64,000 nt of DNA, from the NCBI GenBank assembly GCA_020248265.1, contig JADCHX010000002.1, forward strand, positions 384,011 to 448,010. Reading direction: 5' to 3'. This stretch comes from Rhodocyclaceae bacterium (GTDB lineage: Bacteria > Pseudomonadota > Gammaproteobacteria > Burkholderiales > CAIKXV01). This document shows, one piece after another, positions 54,118 through 64,000 of the stretch; position 1 is the first letter of the stretch; every line of letters begins with the position of its first letter. The translations under genes were made by a program, and so were the position numbers. Below the pieces are notes generated by a model. It had not been told where the DNA came from. It made no database searches and saw only the letters and a list, made by a program, of their open reading frames with translations.

Positions 54118-56013
54118 CTACTGGGGCCGCTCGACGGCAGCAGGCGCAAGGCTCACCTTCGCCCCCGCGCGCAACGCCGTGATGTACGCGCCGACCTGTT
54201 CCTGTGCAGCCAGCTGATAGGCCTGGCGGGCAAAGCCGGCCCGTACATTCGGATCGATTCCGCGCGACTCGACGACGCGCGACACCCGGAGCAGCAGGTA
54301 GCCGCCGCCCGGCTGCTCGACACCGGCATAGGCAGGCAGCTTCGATGCATCGGCGCGGAACACCTGCCGCAGCGCGGCCTCGGGCAGGGAGCCGGGCTTC
54401 TGCCGGCTCAGCAGTTGCGGCGCGGACCAGCCGCCACCAGCATCCTTGCCGGCACGCAGGTCCGCCAGCCGCTTGCGACCTTCGTCGATCGCCAGTTCGG
54501 ATGCCCGCTGGAAGCGCAGACGCTTCTCGAGCGCTTCGGAGACCTCTGCGAACGGCCTGAGCCCGGCCGGCTTGACCTCGACGACGCGGGCGGCCATCAA
54601 CACCCCCGGCGCGACTTCAATCGCGGCGGTGTTGCGCTTGTCGCGCAGCACATCGTCGGAGAACACCGCATTGACCAGCCGGTCGTTCGAGCCCTTGGGT
54701 ATGTCGCCACCTTGCCGGCTGAACCAGCCACTGGTCTGCACCGGCTGGCTCAGCTGATCCGCCGCCGGCTTCAACGTGTCGGCCTGCTCGAACACGGTGT
54801 TGGTGAACGATTCGGCCAGTTCCGCAAAGCGGCGCGACGCGCGCGACCGGCGCAGTTCTTCCTCGACCTTCGCCCGTACCTGCTCGAAACCGGGACCGGC
54901 CTCGCCGCGCACCCCTGCGAGGCGGATCACGTGGAAACCCGCTTCACTCTCGACCGGACCGGCGATTTCGCCCGGCTTCATCGAGAACACCGCCTGGTCG
55001 AAGGCCTTGAGCATGGTGCCGCGCGCAAAGAAACCGAGGTCTCCGCCCTGTGCCGCAGACCCCGGGTCTTCCGACGACTTGCGCGCAACCTCGGCGAAGG
55101 TCTGCGGCGCCTTCTTCAGCTGCTCGGCGATCGCTGCCGCACGCTCGCGCGCCGCTGCCTTCGCCTTCTCGTCGGCACCAGCCGGCAGCCGGATCAGGAT
55201 ATGGCTTGCCTGTCGCTCTTCCGCCCCGCGGAACTGCGCCGCGTTCTGGTCGAAGTACTCCCGGACCTCCTGCGGTGTGACCGTCAACCGGGCGGCGAGC
55301 GCAGCCTGCGACAGCGCCAGGTACTCCACCCGCACCTGTTCGGGGATTTCGAACTCCTTGCGGTTGGCCTCGTAGAACTTCTGTACCGCGCCCGTATCGA
55401 GCGTGACCTGCTTCAGGAAGGCTTCCGGCGAGACCACCAGCTGGCTCGCCTCGCGCTGCTGGTCGATCACCCGGACGAGGCGGTCCACCACGCTCGCCGG
55501 AATGATGGTGCCGGCATTGAACGCGGCCTGCACCTGCGACAGCGCCAGTTCCGTCCGAACCCGTTCCTGGTACATCGTCTCGCTCATGCCGGCGGTGCGC
55601 AGCAGCGACTGGTAGCGAGCGAGCGAGAAGGTCCCGTTCTCCTGGAACTCGGGCTGGCCGGCTATCACGCCCTGCAACTGTGCGTCGGACACGCGCAGGC
55701 CGGCTGCATCGGCCGCGCGCTGCAACAACCGCTCCTGGATCATGCCTTCCAGTACCGCTGTACGGAACTCCGCGCCATCGAACATCTCGGGGCGGGCCTG
55801 CGCGCCGAGTGCCTCGCGCATGCGGTCCTGCTGCTCCCGCAGGCGGCGGTCGAAATCGCGCTGCAGGATCTGCTCGCCCGCCACTTCGGCGACATGCGTT
55901 TCGCGGCCGCCCCCCTGAAAGTAGCTCTCCATGCCGAAGAACGCGAACGGGAGGATCAGCAATGCCAGGATGATCTGGGCGACCCGCTTCTGCTTGTGAA
56001 CGAAATCGTACAT
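54118..56013 (-). CDS. ppiD: Periplasmic chaperone/peptidyl-prolyl isomerase PpiD
   Basis: ORF trimmed to the ATG at 56011-56013 (MYDFVHKQKRVAQIILALLILPFAFFG), the typical PpiD N-terminal anchor. A parvulin-like segment is GDLGFFARGTMLKAFDQAVF. Position after hupB and the tRNAs is conserved. Confidence 0.9.
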   Translation of the reverse strand: MYDFVHKQKRVAQIILALLILPFAFFGMESYFQGGGRETHVAEVAGEQILQRDFDRRLREQQDRMREALGAQARPEMFDGAEFRTAVLEGMIQERLLQRAADAAGLRVSDAQLQGVIAGQPEFQENGTFSLARYQSLLRTAGMSETMYQERVRTELALSQVQAAFNAGTIIPASVVDRLVRVIDQQREASQLVVSPEAFLKQVTLDTGAVQKFYEANRKEFEIPEQVRVEYLALSQAALAARLTVTPQEVREYFDQNAAQFRGAEERQASHILIRLPAGADEKAKAAARERAAAIAEQLKKAPQTFAEVARKSSEDPGSAAQGGDLGFFARGTMLKAFDQAVFSMKPGEIAGPVESEAGFHVIRLAGVRGEAGPGFEQVRAKVEEELRRSRASRRFAELAESFTNTVFEQADTLKPAADQLSQPVQTSGWFSRQGGDIPKGSNDRLVNAVFSDDVLRDKRNTAAIEVAPGVLMAARVVEVKPAGLRPFAEVSEALEKRLRFQRASELAIDEGRKRLADLRAGKDAGGGWSAPQLLSRQKPGSLPEAALRQVFRADASKLPAYAGVEQPGGGYLLLRVSRVVESRGIDPNVRAGFARQAYQLAAQEQVGAYITALRAGAKVSLAPAAVERPQ

Positions 56014-56118
56014 GGAAGCCTGCGCGAAAAAAAAGGCGAACGATGGTTCGCCTTGCTTGACCTCGGACCCTCTCCGGACTTTCCTCGGGAAATCTCCGGG
56101 AGAAGGCAACACAGCGGC

Positions 56119-56195
56119 TGGCGGAGTGGACGGGACTCGAACCCGCGACCCCCGGCGTGACAGGCCGGTATTCTAACCAACTGAACTACCACTCC
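56119..56195 (-). tRNA. tRNA-Asp (anticodon GUC), CCA-encoded
   Basis: The reverse complement is GGAGTGGTAGTTCAGTTGGTTAGAATACCGGCCTGTCACGCCGGGGGTCGCGGGTTCGAGTCCCGTCCACTCCGCCA (77 nt). The cloverleaf was checked. It is near-identical in layout to my recollection of E. coli tRNA-Asp. Confidence 0.95.
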
Positions 56196-56393
56196 AGCTG
56201 CTCTTGCGTGTGTTTGCCGCTGCTTCCCTGCCTCGCTTCGAAAATCTCGGAACAAGTGTCCGCCGAGCCGCCGATTATAACCACGCTTTGACGTTCCGGC
56301 CATCTCCCCGCATCAATCTCGGCAAAGAACCGCGCCGTTCATGCCTGTCCGGCAACGACGTCTTCCATTGCCGTGATCGTAGCGGCCGGTGTG

Positions 56394-56469
56394 TGGTGGG
56401 TGCTGACGGGGTCGAACCGCCGACATTCGCCTTGTAAGGGCGACGCTCTACCAACTGAGCTAAGCACCC
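56394..56469 (-). tRNA. tRNA-Val (anticodon UAC), CCA-encoded
   Basis: The reverse complement is GGGTGCTTAGCTCAGTTGGTAGAGCGTCGCCCTTACAAGGCGAATGTCGGCGGTTCGACCCCGTCAGCACCCACCA (76 nt). Confidence 0.95.
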
Positions 56470-56481
56470 GAAAATGAGACC

Positions 56482-56754
56482 TCAGTTGATGGCGTCTTTC
56501 AGTGCCTTGCCCGCACGGAACTTCGGGACCTTGGCCGCCTTGATCTTGATCGCATCGCCGGTGCGCGGATTACGCCCGGTACGCGCAGCGCGCTTGCCGA
56601 TGAAGAACGTGCCGAAACCCACGAGGGAGATCGTGCCGCCCTTCTTCAACGCGATGCGAATCGAGTCGAGCGTCGCATCCAGCGCACGGCCCGCAGAGGC
56701 TTTGGACAGGTCCGCCGACTCGGCGATCGCGTCGATCAGTTCTTGTTTATTCAC
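56482..56754 (-). CDS. hupB: DNA-binding protein HU-beta
   Basis: 90 aa, GTG start. [11 protein letters not shown]...GFGTF...[14 protein letters not shown] is the HU/IHF signature. Confidence 0.95.
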   Translation of the reverse strand: MNKQELIDAIAESADLSKASAGRALDATLDSIRIALKKGGTISLVGFGTFFIGKRAARTGRNPRTGDAIKIKAAKVPKFRAGKALKDAIN

Positions 56755-56981
56755 CAGGTTCCCCTTGTTCTTGTGCGAATCCGGAAGAAAATCGTTTTTG
56801 TGCCGGTGTCATCGACACCTGCCGGGCGGACCGGTGCACAACCAGGCAGCGACAGGGTCGTCACCGTGTTCCGTGACGGGGTCGCGCCTTCGATGTGCAA
56901 CCCACGCTCGCTGTCCAGTGCCAAGCCCGTTCGCCCCGCACGCGACCGGAACACTGATCAACGATCAAAAACCAGACAGGC

Positions 56982-57010
56982 TTTATAGCGACGCCCCAGA
57001 GGAGTGTCAA
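56982..57010 (-). promoter_or_regulatory. Near-consensus sigma70 promoter (TTGACA-17-TATAAA) in the lon-hupB spacer
   Basis: The reverse strand reads TTGACActcctctggggcgtcgcTATAAA, about 225 nt upstream of the hupB start and 77 nt after the lon stop. Confidence 0.5.
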
Positions 57011-57086
57011 GCCGTCCCTGGCGGCTGCCCGCCCGCCCCGGCACCAGGGATGCAGCAGGCCCCGGGCGCCAGGGGTTTCGACGCCG

Positions 57087-59582
57087 TCAGTGCTTCAGGC
57101 CTGGCGTGTTCGCCGTTTCGTCGACCGGCGCGGGCAAAGCCACCGGGGCTGCCGCCTCCGCCGCCGGCTCCGGCAATGGGTCGGGGGCACGCTCGAGTGC
57201 GAGTTCCAGGACCTCGTCGATCCACTTGACGGGCCGGATCTCGAGCTTCGACTTGATGGTCTCGGGGATCTCGGCGAGGTCCTTCACGTTCTCGGTGGGG
57301 ATCAGAACGATCTTGATGCCCCCGCGCAGCGCAGCAAGCAGTTTCTCCTTCAGTCCACCGATCGGCAGCACCTCGCCGCGCAGCGTGATCTCGCCAGTCA
57401 TCGCGACGTCGGCACGCACCGGAACCCCGGAGAGGACCGATACCATGGCGGTACAGATGCCCACGCCAGCGCTGGGACCATCCTTCGGGGTGGCCCCTTC
57501 CGGCAGGTGGATGTGGATATCGTTCTTCTGGTAGAAGTCGTCGGTCAGCCCGAGTTTCCGGGCACGACCGCGCACCACCGACAGCGCTGCCTGGATGGAC
57601 TCCTGCATCACGTCGCCGAGCTTTCCGGTGGTGGTCATCTTCCCCTTGCCAGGCAGCACCACGGCCTCGATCGTCAGCAGTTCCCCGCCGACTTCCGTCC
57701 ACGCCAGCCCGGTGACCTGGCCGATCTGGTTGTGCTTCTCGGCGATGCCGTAGGTGTACTTGCGCACGCCCAGGTAGTTGGCCAGGTTGCGCGCGGTGAT
57801 GGTGACCTTCTTCTGTACGTCCTTCGCCGCGCCGTCTGCCGGTTTCGCCTTGCCGGCCTTCGCAGTGGCGGCATCCTTCTGCACGATGGCCTTCACCACC
57901 TTGCGGCAGATCTTCGAGATCTCGCGCTCGAGCGATCGTACGCCAGCCTCGCGGGTGTAGTGCCGCATCACGTCACGCAGCGCGCTCTCGGTCACCACCA
58001 GTTCGTCTTCCTTGAGCCCGTGATTCTTCATCTGCTTGGGCACCAGGTAGCGGGTCGCGATGTTGACCTTCTCGTCCTCGGTGTAACCGGCCAGCCGGAT
58101 CACTTCCATCCGGTCGAGCAGCGGCGCCGGGATGTTCAGCGAGTTGGCCGTGGCGACGAACATCACGTCGGACAGGTCGTAGTCGACCTCAATGTAATGG
58201 TCGGCGAACGTATTGTTCTGCTCCGGATCGAGCACCTCGAGCAGTGCCGACGACGGATCGCCACGGAAATCCATGCCCATCTTGTCGACTTCGTCGAGCA
58301 GCAGCAGCGGATTGCGCACGCCCACCTTGGTCATGTTCTGCAGGATCTTGCCCGGCATTGAACCGATGTACGTACGGCGGTGACCACGGATCTCGGACTC
58401 GTCGCGCACGCCGCCCAGCGACATGCGGATGAACTTGCGGTTGGTGGCGCGCGCGATCGACTGTCCGAGCGACGTCTTGCCGACCCCCGGCGGGCCCACC
58501 AGGCACAGGATCGGCGCCTTCACCTTGTCGACCCGCTGCTGGACCGCCAGGTACTCGAGGATGCGTTCCTTGACCTTCTCGAGCCCGTAGTGGTCGGCGT
58601 CGAGCACTTCCTCGGCCTGGTTGAGGTCCTTGCTGATCTTGCTCTTCTTCTTCCAGGGCAGGTTGAGCAGGGTCTCGATATAGTTGCGCACGACCGTGGC
58701 CTCGGCCGACATCGGCGACATCAGCTTGAGCTTCTTCAGCTCGCCCTCGGCCTTCTTGCGCGCTTCCTTGGACATGCCCGAGCGCTTGATGCGCTTGTCC
58801 ATTTCGTCCAGGTCGGCGCCGTCTTCCATGTCGCCAAGTTCCTTCTGGATCGCCTTGACCTGCTCGTTGAGGTAGTACTCGCGCTGGCTCTTTTCCATCT
58901 GCCGCTTGACGCGGCCGCGGATGCGCTTCTCGACCTGCAGGATGTCGAGCTCGGTCTCGACCTGGGTCATCAGGTGTTCGAGACGCTTCTTCACGTCGAA
59001 CATCTCGAGTACTTCCTGCTTCTGCTCGAGCTTCAGCGGCAGGTGCGCAGCGATGGTGTCGGCCAGGCGGCCGGCCTCGTCGATGCCGGCGATGGACGTC
59101 AGGATCTCGGGCGGGATCTTCTTGTTCAGCTTCACGTACTGGTCGAACTGCGTGACCATCGTGCGCCGCATTGCCTCGACTTCAGTCGCCTCGGGCCCGT
59201 CGGCCGGTGGTACCGGATCGGCGACGCCCGTGAGGAAGCCCGCCGTCTCCTGGATGTCGGACAGGTTCGCGCGCTGGTTGCCCTCGACCAGCACCTTGAC
59301 CGTGCCATCGGGCAGCTTGAGCATCTGCAGGATGTTGGCGATGCTGCCGACCGAGTAGAGGTCTTCAGCGCCCGGGTCGTCCTTGGAGGCGACACGCTGG
59401 GCTGCGAGCAGGATGCTCTTGCCCGATTCCATCGCGGCCTCGAGCGCCTTGATCGACTTCGGACGCCCGACGAACAGCGGGATCACCATGTGCGGGAATA
59501 CCACGACATCGCGAAGCGGCAACAGCGGAAGCGCAACCGCGGGCGATGCAGCAGCGGGATCGGGGGTCTGATTGGGCGACAT
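57087..59582 (-). CDS. lon: ATP-dependent Lon protease
   Basis: 831 aa. The LON N-terminal domain shows [16 protein letters not shown]. Walker A is GPPGVGKTS. The protease Ser is in PKDGPSAGV. Confidence 0.98.
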   Translation of the reverse strand: MSPNQTPDPAAASPAVALPLLPLRDVVVFPHMVIPLFVGRPKSIKALEAAMESGKSILLAAQRVASKDDPGAEDLYSVGSIANILQMLKLPDGTVKVLVEGNQRANLSDIQETAGFLTGVADPVPPADGPEATEVEAMRRTMVTQFDQYVKLNKKIPPEILTSIAGIDEAGRLADTIAAHLPLKLEQKQEVLEMFDVKKRLEHLMTQVETELDILQVEKRIRGRVKRQMEKSQREYYLNEQVKAIQKELGDMEDGADLDEMDKRIKRSGMSKEARKKAEGELKKLKLMSPMSAEATVVRNYIETLLNLPWKKKSKISKDLNQAEEVLDADHYGLEKVKERILEYLAVQQRVDKVKAPILCLVGPPGVGKTSLGQSIARATNRKFIRMSLGGVRDESEIRGHRRTYIGSMPGKILQNMTKVGVRNPLLLLDEVDKMGMDFRGDPSSALLEVLDPEQNNTFADHYIEVDYDLSDVMFVATANSLNIPAPLLDRMEVIRLAGYTEDEKVNIATRYLVPKQMKNHGLKEDELVVTESALRDVMRHYTREAGVRSLEREISKICRKVVKAIVQKDAATAKAGKAKPADGAAKDVQKKVTITARNLANYLGVRKYTYGIAEKHNQIGQVTGLAWTEVGGELLTIEAVVLPGKGKMTTTGKLGDVMQESIQAALSVVRGRARKLGLTDDFYQKNDIHIHLPEGATPKDGPSAGVGICTAMVSVLSGVPVRADVAMTGEITLRGEVLPIGGLKEKLLAALRGGIKIVLIPTENVKDLAEIPETIKSKLEIRPVKWIDEVLELALERAPDPLPEPAAEAAAPVALPAPVDETANTPGLKH

Positions 59583-59612
59583 TTGCGTCCTTGGAAAAAG
59601 TCTCTGGGACGG

Positions 59613-59641
59613 TAGGTGGGGCTGGAACGGCCGCGTTCAAG
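59613..59641 (-). promoter_or_regulatory. Sigma32 (heat-shock)-type promoter for lon (CTTGAAC-13-CCCCACCTA)
   Basis: The reverse strand reads CTTGAACgcggccgttccagCCCCACCTA, 31 nt upstream of the lon ATG. It matches the CTTGAA-N13-15-CCCCATnT consensus. Confidence 0.6.
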
Positions 59642-59821
59642 ACGAACCGGGAAGCCCCTCCGGCAATCCCCAGGATGGCGGCAACGCCATCCCATACCCT
59701 GCATGCTACAAGGTCGCGCGCCTGCGTGCGCGCGAGCACGCTCTGCAGATGCCTGCGCACCATCGGATATGCCGGCTTACACCGGCACTGCGTTCGCCGC
59801 GCGGACCTTCACCAGTTGCCG

Positions 59822-61093
<1,272 letters not shown>

Positions 61094-61207
61094 GGTGTCC
61101 TGTGCCCTTGCCGCAGGCCCGAGTGGTAGGTTGGCCTGCAGGCCGATGTGTCAATCGTCGATGCGCGTCGCTTGCCGGGATCGCCCGCCAGGGTTCGCTC
61201 TGCCCGT

Positions 61208-61876
61208 TCAGCCTGCGGAACGGGCCATCAGGACCTGGTCGACGACACCATACTTCATCGCATCTTCAGCGCTAAGGAAATTGTCACGGTCGCTGTCGCG
61301 GAGGATGGTGTCCACGGCCTGCCCGGTGTGCTTCGACAGCAACTCGTTCAACCGCTGCTTCAGGTAGAGAATCTCTTTCGCGTGGATCTCGATGTCCGAG
61401 GCCTGGCCCTGGAAGCCGCCGCTGGGCTGGTGGATCATCACGCGCGAGTTCGGCAGACAGTAGCGCTTGCCTTTCGTGCCCGCGGCGAGCAGGAACGCGC
61501 CCATGCTGGCCGCCTGGCCGATGCAGAGCGTGCTCACGTCGGGTTTGATGAACTGCATCGTGTCGTAGATCGCCAGCCCGGCCGACACCATCCCGCCGGG
61601 CGAGTTGATGTAGAACGAAATGTCCTTGTCGGGATTCTCGGATTCGAGGAACAGCAGCTGTGCGACGACCAGGTTGGCAGTCTGTTCATTCACAGGCCCG
61701 ACCAGGAAGATCACGCGCTCCTTCAGCAGACGCGAGTAGATGTCGTAGGCGCGTTCGCCACGACCGCTCTGCTCGATCACCATCGGCACCATGCCGAGCC
61801 CCTGGGGTTCGATCCGCTCGCCACCCTGGGGGTTTGCACCGCCGGCCGTGAAGCCCGGACTGTTCCAGTTGATCAT
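61208..61876 (-). CDS. clpP: ATP-dependent Clp protease proteolytic subunit ClpP
   Basis: [29 protein letters not shown], the catalytic Ser in [11 protein letters not shown] and His in MIHQP are present. A roughly 28-aa N-terminal propeptide follows from the ATG at 61876. Confidence 0.94.
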   Translation of the reverse strand: MINWNSPGFTAGGANPQGGERIEPQGLGMVPMVIEQSGRGERAYDIYSRLLKERVIFLVGPVNEQTANLVVAQLLFLESENPDKDISFYINSPGGMVSAGLAIYDTMQFIKPDVSTLCIGQAASMGAFLLAAGTKGKRYCLPNSRVMIHQPSGGFQGQASDIEIHAKEILYLKQRLNELLSKHTGQAVDTILRDSDRDNFLSAEDAMKYGVVDQVLMARSAG

Positions 61877-61909
61877 CTGAGACCCGACTTTCGTGTGAGG
61901 GCGGGCCGT

Positions 61910-63223
61910 TCAGCCCGCCGATTCCGTGCCCATCAGCTCGTCGAAGGCCGTCGGCTTGTCGACTACCTGCGCCGCGCCGAGCGCCCATTCGACGACGTTC
62001 GCTTCGACCACCATGGCCTCGACCTCCGACAGCCGCTGCGCCGATCCATAGTACCACTTCACTACTTCCTCGGGCCTTTCGTAGCTTTCGGCGAGCCCCT
62101 GGATCTCGGCCTTTACCTGCGCCGGTTTCGCGTGCAGCGCGTGCTTCTTCACGGCCTCCGCGAAGATCAGGCCGAGGCTGACCCGGCGGCCAGCCTGCGC
62201 CGCGAACAGATCGTCGGGCAGCGGCGCATTGCCGATCGACATGCCGCGCGCCTCCATGTCGCGCCGCGCCATGTCCTTCAGGCGTTCGGTCTCCTCGGCG
62301 ACCAGAGCCTTGGGCACTTCGATCGGGGTCGCTGCCAGCAGCGCTTCGACGACCTTCTCTTTCAGGCGGGCCTTCACGCGGCGCTCGACCTCGCGCCGGA
62401 CGTTCGCTTCGACCTCGGTGCGCATGCGCGCCAGATCGCCGTCCGCAACGCCCATCTGGCGCGCGAAGTCGGCGTCGAGTTCGGGGACCACCGGGCCGGA
62501 GACTTCCTTCACGGTGACGACGAAACTGGCCGCCTTGCCCGCAACTTCGCGACCGGCGTAATCCTCGGGGAAGTTCACCGGGAACGTCTTCGTCTCGCCT
62601 GCATTCATGCCGACCAGAGCCGCTTCGAACTCGGGCAACAGGCGCTTCTTGCCGAGCACGAATCGCGCGTCCTGCCCGGTACCGCCTTCGAAGGCGATGC
62701 CGTCGATCGTGCCGGCGAAGTCGACCGTCACCTCGTCGGTCGCTTCCACCGGGCGGTCGACCTTGACGAAGGTCGCCCGCTGGTTGCGCAGGATGTCGAA
62801 CGTGCGGTCGATGTCGGCGGCGCCGACCTCGACGACCGGGCGTTCGATCGTCGACTGCGCGAGGTCGCCCAGTTCGAACTCGGGATAGACCTCGAACGTG
62901 GCGGAGTAGGAGAAATCGGTGGCCTCGGGTGCCTCGCCGGCCGCTTCGAACTTCGGCATGCCGGCCACGCGCAGGTTGCGCTCGCGCACCGCGTCTCCGA
63001 AACTCTTCTGCACGGTGTCTCCAACCACCTCCTGGCGGACCTGCGGGCCGTACTGCTGGGCCACCAGACGGAACGGCACCTTGCCCGGGCGGAACCCGTG
63101 CAGCTTGACGGTGCGCGCGAGCTTTTTCAGCCGCTGGTCGACTTCGGACTCGATCTGCGTGATCGGCAGCGACACGTTGACGCGACGCTCAAGGTTGCTC
63201 AGGTTCTCGACGGATACGTTCAT
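61910..63223 (-). CDS. tig: Trigger factor
   Basis: 437 aa. The N-terminal GFRPGKVP ribosome-binding motif is present. Gene order tig-clpP-clpX-lon. Confidence 0.96.
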   Translation of the reverse strand: MNVSVENLSNLERRVNVSLPITQIESEVDQRLKKLARTVKLHGFRPGKVPFRLVAQQYGPQVRQEVVGDTVQKSFGDAVRERNLRVAGMPKFEAAGEAPEATDFSYSATFEVYPEFELGDLAQSTIERPVVEVGAADIDRTFDILRNQRATFVKVDRPVEATDEVTVDFAGTIDGIAFEGGTGQDARFVLGKKRLLPEFEAALVGMNAGETKTFPVNFPEDYAGREVAGKAASFVVTVKEVSGPVVPELDADFARQMGVADGDLARMRTEVEANVRREVERRVKARLKEKVVEALLAATPIEVPKALVAEETERLKDMARRDMEARGMSIGNAPLPDDLFAAQAGRRVSLGLIFAEAVKKHALHAKPAQVKAEIQGLAESYERPEEVVKWYYGSAQRLSEVEAMVVEANVVEWALGAAQVVDKPTAFDELMGTESAG

Positions 63224-63318
63224 TGGCTGGGGTCACGACAAATGGATGGGAACGATACAGGCCCGCTGCCGGGCTGGCTGGCGCAGGAGGGAAACGGACT
63301 GGCGGCGTCGTGCGGGGA

Positions 63319-63342
63319 CCGTGGTGCCGTGGTGCCGTGGTG
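63319..63342. repeat. Three tandem copies of CCGTGGTG; the third overlaps the 3' CCA end of tRNA-Leu
   Basis: Read directly: ccgtggtg ccgtggtg ccgtggtg at 63319-63342. In the tRNA sense the trailer reads ...GCACCACGGCACCACGGCACCACGG. Confidence 0.9.
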
Positions 63343-63422
63343 CGAAAGGAGAGACTCGAACTCTCACGCCTTTCGGCGCTGGAACCTAAATCCAGTGCGT
63401 CTACCAATTCCGCCACTTTCGC
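63338..63422 (-). tRNA. tRNA-Leu (anticodon UAG), long variable arm, CCA-encoded
   Basis: The reverse complement is GCGAAAGTGGCGGAATTGGTAGACGCACTGGATTTAGGTTCCAGCGCCGAAAGGCGTGAGAGTTCGAGTCTCTCCTTTCGCACCA (85 nt). Confidence 0.93.
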
Positions 63423-63637
63423 CGCGACATACCGCAGACGTGCGGAGTTTAAACTACCGGGGCTTGGACTGTAGCCGACCGGGTGCATGGCGGCGCCGGA
63501 TTGTGCCGCAGTCCCGGCTGCCGCGGCACCGGACGGATGCACCGGCCCGGCAACGGGCGGGTGGTATCGTCGACGCGGCCACCCCGTCCACCGCCCTTCA
63601 CCGTCCGGCATTTGCCCGCCGCCCCCGCTCCCGCCCG

Positions 63638-64000
63638 ATGCCCGTCGATCACTACGAAAACTTCCCGGTCGCCTCCTGGGTCATGCCGGCCCGGCTGCGG
63701 CGACCAGTCGAGATCATCTACGCCTTCGCCCGCTCGGCGGACGATCTGGCCGACGAGGGTGACGCGCCGGCTGGCGAGCGGTTGAAGGCACTGGCCGAGT
63801 ACGCTGCGGAACTCGACCGGATCGAAGATGGCCTGCCGGCCGAGGGCGTGCTGTTCCGCGACCTCGCGCAGGTGATCGCCGCGCACCGCCTGCCCCTGGA
63901 TCTGTTCCGCGACCTGCTCGATGCCTTCGCGCAGGACGTGGTGAAGACGCGCTACGCGTCCTTCGCCGAAGTACTCGACTATTCGCGCCGTTCAGCCAAT
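63638..64000 (+). CDS. hpnC: Squalene/phytoene synthase family protein, HpnC-like (hopanoid pathway), N-terminal 121 codons; runs off the window end
   Basis: Open-ended frame absent from the track. The ATG at 63638 reads MPVDHYENFPVASWVMPARLRRPVEIIYAFARSADDLADEGDAP... HYENFPVAS and YAFAR-x-ADD-x-AD are HpnC-type signatures. Confidence 0.78.
   Translation, partial: MPVDHYENFPVASWVMPARLRRPVEIIYAFARSADDLADEGDAPAGERLKALAEYAAELDRIEDGLPAEGVLFRDLAQVIAAHRLPLDLFRDLLDAFAQDVVKTRYASFAEVLDYSRRSAN

Noticed and set aside
56119-56469. A genomic island or integrase associated with the tRNA-Asp, tRNA-Val or tRNA-Leu (63338-63422) genes.
   Set aside because: The flanking genes are conserved housekeeping synteny (hupB, ppiD, tig, hpnC). 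No integrase, transposase or direct repeat of the tRNA 3' half was found beyond the 8-nt CCGTGGTG reiteration, which is reported separately.

Overview
This is a very GC-rich window with strong GC3 codon bias. No similarity searches were possible, so every functional call rests on motifs and synteny I recognise in the translations. The gene order suggests a betaproteobacterial chromosome, Burkholderiales- or Rhodocyclales-like. Supporting blocks are tig-clpP-clpX-lon-hupB-tRNAVal-tRNAAsp-ppiD-fabI, dnaQ-rnhA-methyltransferase/gloB-mltD, an efp(Arg32)/earP pair, a Bug/TctC solute receptor, and hpnC at the right edge.

Contents, left to right:
- A coxMSL-type molybdenum hydroxylase operon ending in an amidohydrolase-2 gene.
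- efp and earP.
- A small uncharacterised envelope cluster.
- An AttEFGH-like ABC exporter with a lipocalin/CrtC-like Tat protein.
- A 50-bp perfect palindrome built from 13-nt repeats.
- A convergent catabolic island: an orphan Mo-hydroxylase large subunit, two PBP-fold decarboxylase-like paralogs, a D-carbamoylase, a CodA/AtzC-like amidohydrolase and a Bug receptor.
- A hotdog thioesterase with a Lys/Ala/Pro-rich tail.
- elaB-yqjE-yqjK.
- A Tat-less DMSO-reductase-family ABC enzyme (SoeABC-like).
- A PEP-mutase-family gene and a LOG gene.
- A LemA/GIDE(EF-hand)/hydrolase module.
- Housekeeping genes: AI-2E transporter, glnS, csp, dsbB, qor, arfB, nitrilase.
- A YejABEF-like peptide ABC importer.
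- The protease/chaperone block and three tRNAs.

I found no CRISPR array, integrase, transposase, toxin-antitoxin pair, recognisable defence system or transcription factor. The best candidates for undescribed biology are the catabolic island (13.6-21.4 kb), the LemA-GIDE module (30-32.5 kb) and the three-gene envelope cluster (7.2-8.8 kb). None is a clear-cut novel system on sequence alone.

The ORF track uses non-ATG initiators and often over-extends N-termini. Starts were re-picked where noted.
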